Shown here: in pieces, positions 35,650 to 46,676 of the stretch
Numbering within the stretch: the stretch's first letter is position 1
How the letters are laid out: each line of letters begins with the position of its first letter
Source of the DNA: Sporopachydermia quercuum
Taxonomy: Eukaryota
Reading direction: 5' to 3'
DNA length: 64,000 bases
Assembly (NCBI GenBank): GCA_001599295.1
Contig: BCGN01000001.1
Location: forward strand, 1,798,001 to 1,862,000
Notes under the pieces: model-generated
Seen by the model: only the letters and a program-made list of their open reading frames with translations
Told to the model about the DNA's origin: nothing
The model's database searches: none
Program-made: the position numbers and the translations under genes

Positions 35650-36468
35650 TTATTTTTTAGTCTTAGACTTAGACTTAGATTTACTTTTCTTGACCTTGTT
35701 GGATACTGGTTTGACATATTTATTCTCCAGTCTAGAAATCAAATCATCAAAAGAACCTTTTTTTCTTTTCATGATCAATTGTTTTAAATCGTCCTCTTGT
35801 TCCTGCTGAGATTGCTTTTCTCTCTTACTCAAATCTATTGCCAGTTCTTTTGCATACACTTCAGCTTCCTTGGCTTCAGAATCAACTGATTTGAGTTTCT
35901 TCTTTATGTTCTTGGATCGGTTTTTCTTATAAGATTTCCAGGACTTAAATTCTTCTGTTGCACCTTCTTTTATTTTATCTGAGATAATGTTGAAAATGCG
36001 CTGCTCCTCTTTTTCATTGAACTCCAAATGGGGTATATCATCAAAAATAGATAAAAAGTCACCTTCATGGTTTTCAAATGAGTCAATAATATCTTCAAGC
36101 TCCTCCGTACTTTGTTGATATTCTAATTTATCCCTTTCAATCAAGTCAAAACTAACTCTAGATAAGTTACGGAAATATTCTTGCCATGATGTTTCCTCAT
36201 TGGATGTTCCNTCCATTATACCAGTTTCGTTGTATGTTTTCCTTCGATCATTATCCATAAGAAACCAATTAGCGAATGATATCTTCTGAAACTTCTCCTG
36301 AGCTTCCTTTATTTCCTCCTCATCCTTCCCCGACAATTTATCTGGATGGTATATCAAGGCTAATTTTCTATAGGCGCTTTTGATCTGTTTGATTTCAATG
36401 GTATTCGTATCTAACTCATGAAGTCCTAGAACTTCATAAGGATTTTCTGACTCCACATTATACCCCAT
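35650..36468 (-). CDS. J-domain protein, DNAJC9-like histone co-chaperone
   Basis: PYEVLGL...AYRKLALIYHPDK J-domain; YQQSTEELEDII; EAKEAE; C-terminal DLKQLIMKR...FDDLISRLENKY. Likely start ATG 36468. Confidence 0.8.
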   Translation of the reverse strand: MGYNVESENPYEVLGLHELDTNTIEIKQIKSAYRKLALIYHPDKLSGKDEEEIKEAQEKFQKISFANWFLMDNDRRKTYNETGIMXGTSNEETSWQEYFRNLSRVSFDLIERDKLEYQQSTEELEDIIDSFENHEGDFLSIFDDIPHLEFNEKEEQRIFNIISDKIKEGATEEFKSWKSYKKNRSKNIKKKLKSVDSEAKEAEVYAKELAIDLSKREKQSQQEQEDDLKQLIMKRKKGSFDDLISRLENKYVKPVSNKVKKSKSKSKSKTKK

Positions 36469-36870
36469 GACGAGTACTTTTATGACACAATTACTGCACA
36501 ATCCAATAAACAATTGATTACTTCGTTTTGTGATATATTTATGGAACATATTAGTTATATATCATTAGTTCTTGTTTATTATATCTTTCCTTTTTGCACG
36601 CGTCACAAGGAGATGAGTTTAGGAGCGTAATGTCATGTGAAAGAATTGGAGAGTATGTTTATGTAATCATACAATACAATCACAAGTCATCCGATATTAT
36701 TATTCCGGAAATTATTAATTTACTAAAAATCTTCAGATAGATTGATTTATCAACAGGAATCATCAAAAAGAAAACTATGTGGATCATATTAGAGTTACCA
36801 GCTATAAGTTTAGCGGACTATTGAGAAAATGCATCATTACATTTCAAACTAGTAAGAATAGTTTGTCAGT

Positions 36871-37704
36871 ATGGTTTACTATTTTGAATCCCGAGGGACC
36901 TCCGGAACGATAGATCCCCCCAGATACATATATATGGGCAAACATAAAGAGGAAAGTATGTAAAGTCAATGAAGATTGGCTATTGGATAATGAAGAAAAA
37001 AATTGTATTTGGCATATGCTAACCATCGCCAATAGATGAGGATTTGATAAAGTATGGATGGGAAGAAGATTTGTGGTTTCATGTAGACAACCTTTCATCA
37101 GCTCATGTCTACTTACGCTTGCTTGATGGAGAATCTTGGAACGACGTACCTCAAGAAATTATAGATGGTAAGTCGTGGAGGAATTGATAGTGCATAGTGC
37201 AGTCTGGAGTATAATTGAAGATTTAATCTTTGGTCTTCACGTTGTATCTTGGTCTAACCTTGCTTAGATTGTGCTCACTTGACCAAAGCAAACTCAATCG
37301 AAGGCAACAAGAAAGATAATATAACGGTAATAGTCACACCATGGTCAAATTTGAGAAAAACAAAAGGTATGGCAGCTGGTCAGGTTGGTTTTAAGAACAA
37401 CAAGTTGGTCAAAAGAGTCAAGATACCTACGAGAGTTAATGCTATCATAAATAGATTGAACAAAACCAAGAGAGAGGCATTTCCAGATTTGAATCAAGAA
37501 CGGCTAGATCATAGGAAAGAATTAGAAAGAAAGGAAAAAGCAAGATTGAAAGAACTTCATGAAAAGGAACTGGAAGCTGCCAATTACGAACAAGGAGAAA
37601 GATACAAGAAGGATCATTTGTATGATGACTTGTTTACAGAAGATAACGTCCGATGTTCAAGCAANCAATTCCGTAGTGAAGATTTTGAGGATGATTTTTG
37701 GTAG
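36871..37704 (+). CDS. JLP2: NFACT-R domain protein CCDC25/Jlp2 (exons 36871-36955, 37036-37167, 37268-37704)
   Basis: [71 protein letters not shown]; two GT-AG introns with GCTAAC/TCTAAC branch points. Confidence 0.9.
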
Positions 37705-38051
37705 TATAAAGAAAATGAAATAGACGAAAAATACGTACTGTAAAAACTTTTAACATGAAGAAAATGTAAATATGATTTCCATTATAGAAGGACATGTCAT
37801 TTGCAAATCATTTAGATATTGCATTTGTCGAAACGCCTTATGCCTGGACTATATCAAAATAACATAAATGCAACAAAAAACAAGGCAATTTCTATGCCAA
37901 TGAATCCAATAAAAATCTGAATATATATCTTAATAAGCCAACGATTCAAGTGTAAAATGTGTAGGAATAGATTGATGATTGAAAATAGTTCTCTTTGCTC
38001 AATTACTCATTATATTGGCACTTACTCACTTTCAGAAGGAGTTTTTAATGT

Positions 38052-38627
38052 TTAGTGTTCGGCCTTTGGTCTTGGTTCACCAGCAAAGTTACCCTTTTCT
38101 ATAAGTCAAAATGTTAGTAATCAATTTATAAAAGGGAACGTTCCCTGATTATGTGTGAATGTAAAATGGTACTGTTGTCTGTCCAGCCAACTGGTCGATA
38201 TGTCACTTGCGAAAGGCTTGAAAATTGCAATACTTCGTCTCAATTGTCTCCCAGAGACCACATATATATCCCAAAACGATTGGCTTTTTCTNCTAGGCTT
38301 TGTAGATATTGTTTGCAGTTCAGAGNAACTCCCCGGTCGTCGTTCACACCTTAGATTCCATCTAGTACCATTTACAGTCAACACATCTCGTTATCTCTCT
38401 CTCATCCCGTCTCAAGACTTACCTCTTTGATCATTCCATTTTTCAACCCAGTCTACAGGGCAGAGGGAAGAATAAGTTCTGAAAAAAACTTGACATGGAG
38501 CAAAATCTTCACCCTTAGCTTTGATACACTTGTGGTAGTCAACATATGATTGCCAGCAGTGTCTGGTTTGGTTTTGTTGAGGGAATCGTGAATCGAATTG
38601 AACGGTTTCGAGTGTAAGTTCAGTCAT
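38052..38627 (-). CDS. COX12: Cytochrome c oxidase subunit VIb (exons 38627-38423, 38098-38052)
   Basis: FDSRFPQQNQTRHCWQSYVDYHKC..C..CPVDWVEKWNDQR|EKGNFAG; intron 38422-38099 GTAAGT..TACTAAC..TAG. Confidence 0.95.
38177..38355 (-). ncRNA. Candidate intronic box H/ACA snoRNA in the COX12 intron
   Basis: H box AGAAAA (38291-38286), 3' hairpin closed by AGCCAA/TTGGCT and GATAT/ATATC around an internal loop, ACA box (38182-38180) 14 nt from the top of the pocket. Confidence 0.5.
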
Positions 38628-39382
38628 TTTGAGATCGGGTTGTCTTTAATATATATCCAATAAATCTGATTTATTGATATTTTTCTTCTGGTTAAATGTA
38701 AGATATGTTCATCGACCTTCCAGTTCTTCGGCACAAGGAAGACAAATAATAACAATTCCTTTTACTCTGTCGGCAGAAAATCTTCACTAAGAAAGAAGGT
38801 GGTGTTATTTATTTTTGTACACCCTTGCCTCGATAAAACACATGTACACTCTAATTGTTTACATCTCAATCATGATTCGTGCGTCTGAGATCTTTGGGGT
38901 AGGAATCGCATCATGCATTGCTTATGTAGGACTCATGCACTATTGCTGTACAAGTAAGTTTCTTATTTTAAACCTTGATTCTTATTCGTCAGATGATTTG
39001 TCCATTATTTTAATCACTCTGTGCCGGTGAGACTGGAAAGTGGACACATCAATCATGCTCTCAATTACACTTCGAACTTACTGAAAAGCTGAAACTTAAC
39101 TTTAAATTCTTTCCACATCGTGTCTCACTCTACTAAACAGACAAAACGGAAATGATATNTACCATCATTGAGAAGGATTGTTATTGTGGGTATGAATGAC
39201 TATTGATTCTGGTTTTATTGATTATTAAAGAAATAATCTAATCGTTAGTGATATTTAGTGATTAATTGTTACATTTTGGTATATTTCCATTCTTATTTGA
39301 TAATCGATCAATGGCTTGTTTTCAGTATAATAGCTAGGCTAGTCAACTCTGTAAATCAACTCCTTTCCTATAGTTGAAGCAA

Positions 39383-41509
39383 ATGTCTTCAAAGCCTAGG
39401 TGTATGTATATCAACTATACTTTGTTTTGTTTTATTATGATATTTATTATCTATTGTTTATCATTTGTTTCATACACACATTTACTGACAATCCATTATT
39501 ATTTAGTAAGCGCTTTTGCTGCCAAGGAAAAAGGTCTTTCTCCCACTTTATATCAAGCATGTAAGGATTCATTAGACTCAGCGCCCATCTCTGGTAATTC
39601 TTCATACTTTAATTCCCCTAAACCTTCGAAAGATAACCAAGATGACCATTCCATACTGTATGCCATTTTTTTTCTTCTCCAANTAATTTCATCATTGACG
39701 GTTGTTACTGTTACTAACTATGCTAGTAGATACCCAGTCTCGCAATTCAACGTGTCGGGTGAGAAGCAGAATGTCATATTCAATTCAACTAATATGATAA
39801 TAACATTGGAAGAGAACGAATATTTGATTGCTAGAGGTCAATTTATAATCAAAATCCTCCAAGGAACTGTCATCATCAATGGATTTAAATTATCTTCAGA
39901 CTCATCATCCTCCAATTCCCATTCCGTATTTGCTGCTTCTTCGCATGCATTACCTGTCATTGAGGTAATGTCAATACCATGCCAAGTTCAACTAAGTAAC
40001 CTTTCAACAGGGCTAGAAGATCTCGGCACAATTTGTCCAATGGTAAAAAACTTATGGATTAGTTCAACCAAAGAGCAATGCGATGTTCTTACTACCCCTT
40101 CATTGACATTTGGAATCGTCATGGCATCATCATCCTCATCAATAAACTCGTTATCAATAGATCAATCATGGCGATTAGCAGCTGAAGAAGTCCAATTCCA
40201 ATCTGTATTAAAACAATCTGACGATTCAATTCATTCCCCTTCTCCAATGTCGTCCTCAGCGTCAATATTAATTGCTGGACCTAAAGGTTCCGGCAAATCA
40301 ACATTCAGTAAATACTTACTGAACCATCTACTAAACACTCAAGATACTATTTATTTTCTCGACATTGATCCTGGGCAACCTGAATTCTCGCCACCTGATT
40401 CAATCTCATTATCCAGCATTACAAGCCCGGTTTTTGGTCCTAATTTTTCCCACCCAATGCATCCTGATTTAATTAGTTCCCATTATATTGGGTTCTCGTC
40501 TCCTAAAGAACAACCATTAAGATACTTCCACCTCATCAAAAATCTCTTCAACACTTATCGAAAGAAATCAGAGCTCGTTCCAGGTCCATTAATAATAAAT
40601 ACTCCTGGTTGGATTAAAGGTTTAGGACTTGACATTCTAGGGAGAATATTGTATGAAATAGAACCCACAGTACTAGTATACTTGAATCATGATAACGAGT
40701 CTTCGAATAATGATGTCATAGATATGGTTGATCTGAATAGAACTAAAGTGATAACTCCAAATGCTTTTTTCAGAAACACTGGTATTCAAAGATATACATC
40801 TGCCTTACTAAGACATGTTTTAACTACTTGCTATCTCCATTTCAATGGTTGGCAAGAAAGATCAGACGAAACAATGATCAACACTACCACTTATCCTATA
40901 TTCAATTTTCAACCGTTGATATCTAAACCTCCATTAACTACAAGGTATAGCAATAAGTTTGACTATGGAAAATTAGAAGGGTTGACTGGTGGATGCTCAA
41001 TATTACAAGGAGAGGGATTAAATATTAATGACATTAAACTCATCTTAGAGGCAACTGTGATTAGTATTTATGCTATTGATAATGATCATTTTGAATCAAT
41101 AATAATGAATAATACTAGTAGTACTACAGATAATTCTAGTGCTCCTTCTTTTAATTTACCTATACTCGATTCGTCGGTAATTGATTCATTATTGCTACCA
41201 TCAATGTCGACTTATTTATCATTAGCAATAATACACTCAATTGATGAGAAAAATCAACTAATCCATCTTTATATTCCTAATGGCTCAAAAGTCCTTGAAA
41301 TTGTACGGAATTTGCACTCAGCGAGACTTACAATTATAAGAGGAAGAACAGAACTGCCTGTGTGGGAACTATATAATAATAACGATAGTCATAAGAATAA
41401 TATGATTGTCAGCCAGCCGTTTATTTCATTTACGGCAGGAAAAGGTATTGGTGGAGGTTCCTGGAGGGTGAGAAGGAACATACATCGCCGTGGCCATCAA
41501 ATGGTTTGA
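39383..41509 (+). CDS. GRC3: Polynucleotide 5'-hydroxyl kinase Grc3/NOL9 (exons 39383-39401, 39507-39657, 39727 or 39730-41509)
   Basis: LSAFAA, GPKGSGKSTF P-loop, LDIDPGQPEFSPP, INTPGWIKGLG, C-terminal WRVRRNI; introns GTATGT..TACTGAC..TAG and GTATGC..TACTAAC..TAGTAG. Confidence 0.9.
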   Translation: MSSKPRCMYINYTLFCFIMIFIIYCLSFVSYTHLLTIHYYLVSAFAAKEKGLSPTLYQACKDSLDSAPISGNSSYFNSPKPSKDNQDDHSILYAIFFLLQXISSLTVVTVTNYASRYPVSQFNVSGEKQNVIFNSTNMIITLEENEYLIARGQFIIKILQGTVIINGFKLSSDSSSSNSHSVFAASSHALPVIEVMSIPCQVQLSNLSTGLEDLGTICPMVKNLWISSTKEQCDVLTTPSLTFGIVMASSSSSINSLSIDQSWRLAAEEVQFQSVLKQSDDSIHSPSPMSSSASILIAGPKGSGKSTFSKYLLNHLLNTQDTIYFLDIDPGQPEFSPPDSISLSSITSPVFGPNFSHPMHPDLISSHYIGFSSPKEQPLRYFHLIKNLFNTYRKKSELVPGPLIINTPGWIKGLGLDILGRILYEIEPTVLVYLNHDNESSNNDVIDMVDLNRTKVITPNAFFRNTGIQRYTSALLRHVLTTCYLHFNGWQERSDETMINTTTYPIFNFQPLISKPPLTTRYSNKFDYGKLEGLTGGCSILQGEGLNINDIKLILEATVISIYAIDNDHFESIIMNNTSSTTDNSSAPSFNLPILDSSVIDSLLLPSMSTYLSLAIIHSIDEKNQLIHLYIPNGSKVLEIVRNLHSARLTIIRGRTELPVWELYNNNDSHKNNMIVSQPFISFTAGKGIGGGSWRVRRNIHRRGHQMV

Positions 41510-41868
41510 TTTGTATTAAGATGGGAACCTCTCAAGGTTGTTCCTCAGAAGATAGTTATTGCTCATAATCGCTGGATTATGGGAAATACTGAGTTAGGTA
41601 TGGGAGATGACAAATACAACGAGATCCTAACAATACTGTAATTACAATAGTTATCTTTTCATAGAGATAGTTTTATTCCTAGATAAATAGAGGAATAGGA
41701 GTAAAGGTAGTAACTACTAATATTTCTACTACTAGTAGAATTTGTCCATATAACAAGTGAATATTTTCTACTCTATCCACTATTTAAGGAAAACGCACGT
41801 TCTCTTCCCCGTTTTACTGCTCATCCCCATCCCATATATACATGTCATTCTACTTGACCCAATCCCTT

Positions 41869-44505
41869 TCATTGTCCATCATCACCTTTCTCTCTACTAC
41901 TTTCTAATGTACTCCAACCCAAACGTCTATTCAATCTTTCATACTTCATACGATCCTTCTCAGAAACACTGGGTCTCACGTTATTAAATGCACTCTCAAA
42001 ATCGGTCATTGTTATTTTAACAACTGCTGTGCTAACAGAATGCTTCAAATATGAATTCCTTGTATCAACTGTAGCTCCATCATCAACAGCTTTCCCATTA
42101 ATACTGGTATCATCAGTACTATCACCACTGGCAATCGATTCATCTCCCTGAGCGATACCAGTAAACACAGCTCTTTTCAGGGCAACGATTGCTGCTTCTC
42201 TCGATAATGCTGCTAAATCAGCACCACTGAAAGATCGACATCTTTCATCATGGGCTAACGATACTAAATCGACACTTTCATCAATCGGACTCTTCTTAGT
42301 AACAGTACGTAAGATTTCCACTCGTTCAGCTACCGTTGGTAATTCAACATACAATGGTTTATCTAATCTGCCAGGTCTAAGCATTGCTGGATCGATCATA
42401 TCTGGTCTATTTGTTGCAGCAATAACATAAACCCCTTTCCTGTCACTCAATCCATCTAATTCCGTTAATAATGTATTGACAACCCTTGCTGATGATTCAG
42501 ATAACGATTCATCTCTTCGTGGAACCAAAGCATCTAGTTCATCAAAGAAGATAACGCATGGCATAGAGGCTCTTGCTCTAGTGAAAACTTGTCGCACTGC
42601 TCTTTCAGACTCTCCAACATACTTGTTCAGTAATTCAGGTCCTCTGATGGATATAAAATTGGCTCTTGATTCATTGGCAACAGCTTTAGCTAATAATGTT
42701 TTACCACAGCCAGGAGGACCCCATAGTAACACACCAGCAGGAGCGGTGATTCCAACTTGTTCATATAATTCTGGACGTTTGATGGGTTGGACAATTGCCA
42801 TATGAAGTTCAACTCTTATGCGTGATAANGCACCAATGTCGTCCCAAGTAACATCAGGCACTGTAGCAAAGCCTTCACGTTTGGATGTTGGTTGGACTGT
42901 TGGTAAGGCAGCAATGAAATCTTCAACTGTAATACTCAGGTGTAACAATTGTTCTTCAGTTAAAGGATTAGGATGTGCTGTGAGAAATTTCTGTACTGCT
43001 GACATTGGTAGAGTAACTAAATTAGTGCTGATAGTAATTGGTATGCTATCATTATTGATCTCATCAGTATCAGTGCCATTGGTAATAGTGGTAGTATCAT
43101 CTCGAGAGTTTTCCTCTGTGACCTTATCACCATCGATCTCCATATCATCAGCTGGTTGAACTCCTTTCAAAACATCTTCACTAAATACTCTTCTAATGCA
43201 AGCAATACCTGCCGCTGCCGTTAAGGCATGTAAATCAGCACCAACATAACCTGGGGTTAATTTAGCTAGCATTTTGAAATCAAAATCACCAGAAACGCGA
43301 ATTTTCGATAGCATTGCCTTCAAAATGGTCTCTCTTGCCTTTTCATCAGGCACTGTAATACAGATTTCTCTATCAAATCTTCCAGCTCTTCTCAAAGCAG
43401 GATCCAATGCATCAGGACGATTGGTAGCCCCCAGTATTATTACAGCTTTACCATCAGTATTATCAAGCGACATTTCATCAATACTAGTAAGCAACTGGGC
43501 TACTATTCTTCTCTCCATTTCTCTGCCTGCTGTTTCCCTCTTTGGTGTAATCGCATCTATCTCATCAAAAAATATAATACAAGGTGCCAATGATTTGGCT
43601 TCGCCAAATATCTCTCTGATCTTCTTTTCTGACTCCCCGGACATGCCTGATACAACACTTGGTGCCGAAACGTTTAAGAACGGTACATCCAGTTCTCCTG
43701 CTAATGCATTGGCTAAAGTAGTCTTACCACAGCCAGGAGGACCATGCAGTAATACACCTCTTGGAGGTCTTATNCCTGTCGACATATATATCTCAGGATG
43801 AAGAATTGGCAAACCAACTAATTCCATTAAATCAGAAATAGTATCATCTATACCTCCAAGGTCAGATAGTCTGATCTTGGGAGTACTGGACTCAATTTTT
43901 GACTTCTTCTTTTTACCACTTGAGTGTTCTCTATCTTTGCTCTTTCGTTTGCTAGTTTTGCTATCCTTTCCAGTAGATTCCTCTTTTGATGGTTTTGATT
44001 CTTTTGACGAGTCGTTATCAGCATCTGTACCATTCGATACTAAAGGATTATTCCACAAACTAATAATACTTTTGTTCATGCTATTCTGAACTTCCTCAGA
44101 TACTGACATAAGCTCCTTGTCTCCCATACCATCAAATTCACTGTCTATATCAATGACTTCAGGTTCATCTTGTAGATTCAATTCTGCTAGCTCGGACTTC
44201 TCCATTTCCCGTACTTTTTGAAGAGCTTTACCTATACCTTTCTCCAAAATTATTTTCTTGGTTCTTCTTAATAAATGGTCTACTCGTTGGCAAAAATCTA
44301 ATACTTCCGTGGAAGATAGGTCCTTAGCGTATGCCAAATCTTGCAAATCTGGTTCCGCTTCATTTTCTGGTAAATTATTAAGCTTGAAGCCCGACTCTTT
44401 GAGTCTTCTTCTATGATTCACAGTTGTCTTTTCATCTAGCAATTTATATATTGATTCGACAATCCTATTGTCAACGTTCTTGTCACTATTTGATTTAGAT
44501 GACAT
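41869..44505 (-). CDS. RIX7: AAA-ATPase Rix7/NVL (60S biogenesis)
   Basis: Two AAA modules (GPPGCGKT x2), VSGMSGESEKKIRE, REMERRIVAQLL, QPTSKREGFATVPDVTW, PELLNKYVGESER; start ATG 44505. Confidence 0.95.
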   Translation of the reverse strand: MSSKSNSDKNVDNRIVESIYKLLDEKTTVNHRRRLKESGFKLNNLPENEAEPDLQDLAYAKDLSSTEVLDFCQRVDHLLRRTKKIILEKGIGKALQKVREMEKSELAELNLQDEPEVIDIDSEFDGMGDKELMSVSEEVQNSMNKSIISLWNNPLVSNGTDADNDSSKESKPSKEESTGKDSKTSKRKSKDREHSSGKKKKSKIESSTPKIRLSDLGGIDDTISDLMELVGLPILHPEIYMSTXIRPPRGVLLHGPPGCGKTTLANALAGELDVPFLNVSAPSVVSGMSGESEKKIREIFGEAKSLAPCIIFFDEIDAITPKRETAGREMERRIVAQLLTSIDEMSLDNTDGKAVIILGATNRPDALDPALRRAGRFDREICITVPDEKARETILKAMLSKIRVSGDFDFKMLAKLTPGYVGADLHALTAAAGIACIRRVFSEDVLKGVQPADDMEIDGDKVTEENSRDDTTTITNGTDTDEINNDSIPITISTNLVTLPMSAVQKFLTAHPNPLTEEQLLHLSITVEDFIAALPTVQPTSKREGFATVPDVTWDDIGXLSRIRVELHMAIVQPIKRPELYEQVGITAPAGVLLWGPPGCGKTLLAKAVANESRANFISIRGPELLNKYVGESERAVRQVFTRARASMPCVIFFDELDALVPRRDESLSESSARVVNTLLTELDGLSDRKGVYVIAATNRPDMIDPAMLRPGRLDKPLYVELPTVAERVEILRTVTKKSPIDESVDLVSLAHDERCRSFSGADLAALSREAAIVALKRAVFTGIAQGDESIASGDSTDDTSINGKAVDDGATVDTRNSYLKHSVSTAVVKITMTDFESAFNNVRPSVSEKDRMKYERLNRRLGWSTLESSREKGDDGQ

Positions 44506-45854
44506 TGCGCATATATTTGTAATACTAGCACATGGACGATAAGTACGCAAACGTATTGAGATCTGGCTTCCACCGGCAACCAAAATCTATTATCGAATCT
44601 AACATAAATAGTTTGGCGGGGCTAAACAAACTGCTGCAATAAATAATGTGATATAGTTCGAATCAAGCAACTCATTAACAGCAAACAGTAAAAAAAATCA
44701 TGACACGATATCCTCTCCTCCTGATTCCTTCTTCATTTCTTTCTCACATAGTTGACAATTTTTTTCTGTTACTATGGCTAATAAAGATATTTTCCGTTAT
44801 TGGCAATCTTCTTGGATTATTTCCGAAATTTAAAAGCAGTTATATATTTCCATACTTGAATGGTCTTCCAATTCAAGTATTTCCTTCTATTCTTGGAATG
44901 AGCAGATTTTTTCACTTCACTGCGGCAAATTTTTTGTATGAAGCAAAAAGGTTCAGCAAACTTAAAATAAAGTTGTATAGGAAACAAACTGTTAGCATCA
45001 AATTACTTATAATTAGTTCATTCTATTACCATAATAAGAACTAAAGTGTAAACCATTTCAAGTGGTTAATTCTGTAGAAATCTAAACATCAAACTGGTTT
45101 TCATTGTCATGCAGAGTAATCATTTCGTCATTCTCGAATAGTCTTTAAGATCAATTAAACAATTAAACAATTGAGTCAACTAATTGTGAAACTTCACATT
45201 GTTTAAATTGCTTGCTATTCAAGCTACATTTACTCAATTCATGCTGTATATAGTTGGATTCTTGCAAGCTCAAGTAACTCCATCTTGGATCGAATTCGCT
45301 TTCTACTCATTAATTCCATAATCAGTTAATCTTCAGCAACTTATTTCAAATCTTGCATAATTCCACATATTTTTGCATGCACTAGCTGGTTCTTGTCCCG
45401 TAAACACTATATTAAAACCCAGATCAGGTAGTTTCATCTAAACTCTAACTTATTTGAAAGTTTATCCCATTTCATTCTACAATTTCGATTTCTCGGGGCG
45501 AACTCTTTCCAGGGTGAAAAATAATGTCTGGAAATAACTTATAAAGTCAAGAGACTAAAAGGGAATAAAGTATATTCATATAGAATAGAATAAGTTATAA
45601 AATCCCTTCCAGATCCATCATTTTACTGCGACTAGCTTGTTAGAGCCTGAATACTGGTTCTCACTTATTAGATAATTTCGCTTGGATATATTTTTCTTGT
45701 TTATGTATCCAACAATCAGCTGTATTATACATTGAGTAATCTAGCATCGGAATAGACTGGACTGACCATTCAGAACTTCTGTGTACTATATAAATTTACA
45801 TTGTTCGAATTTCTACTCTATTGAGTTAATTTGATTGTCTCATAGAGTATTGGG

Positions 45855-46021
45855 ATGAATATGAATGAAGAAGTTTGCACTATTTCTCCCTCGCGTAAGC
45901 GAGCTACAGGAGAATTTCATCACTCATCTGCCTTTACTCAAGAAATGGAATATCTTAAGCGAGTGAAGAGAAGATTACCTAATCCCCGACCTGACAATCA
46001 ACAACAACTGCAACTGCAACT

Positions 46022-46055
<34 letters not shown>

Positions 46056-46331
46056 ACGCAACAGCAAATGCATTTTCAACAAAATCAATCACAAGTTGGG
46101 GAACAGCAATCTGTTATTGAAGGTCAAAATCAATCCGTACAGTCTCATCAACATACTCATACTCATACTCATACTCAGAGTACCCACCATAGTCATCCCT
46201 TTGATGGACCTTGCTCATGTTGTACTCAATTTGAATATGATGATGAATATGACGATTTTGACGAATATGACTTCAATGATATTGAATCCTTTCCTAATGG
46301 ATGTGTGCCTTTCTATAACACTGGGAAATAA
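45855..46331 (+). CDS. Uncharacterised 158-aa protein: basic NLS-like segments, polyQ, (HT)n, CSCC, acidic tail
   Basis: ATG-initiated ORF with coding-type low-complexity tracts, upstream TATATAAA near 45787; no family recognised. Confidence 0.6.
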
Positions 46332-46676
46332 ATGTATTATCAAGAAAAAAATGAAAACGAAAACGAAAACGAAAAATGGGTAGGTTGCAAANTATTATTT
46401 AACTGGTTTTAACAAAATAAAAGAATAAAAATTGTTTTGAATTTCAAATGAGTGACTGTCCAGAAAGGAACAATGATAGATAGATAGTGTTGATGCTATC
46501 GTAAAACAAAGGAAGACGAAATAGTAAATCACCACCACATGTAGTAAAATTGAACACAAAATACTTGAAGAAAAAGATCTATTCACAGATGAAAGAGCTA
46601 TAAAATATTAATTGTACACTGATAGGATCTGATACAGTAAAAATCATAATAGTAGTTAACAATTAGAAGAGAATGA

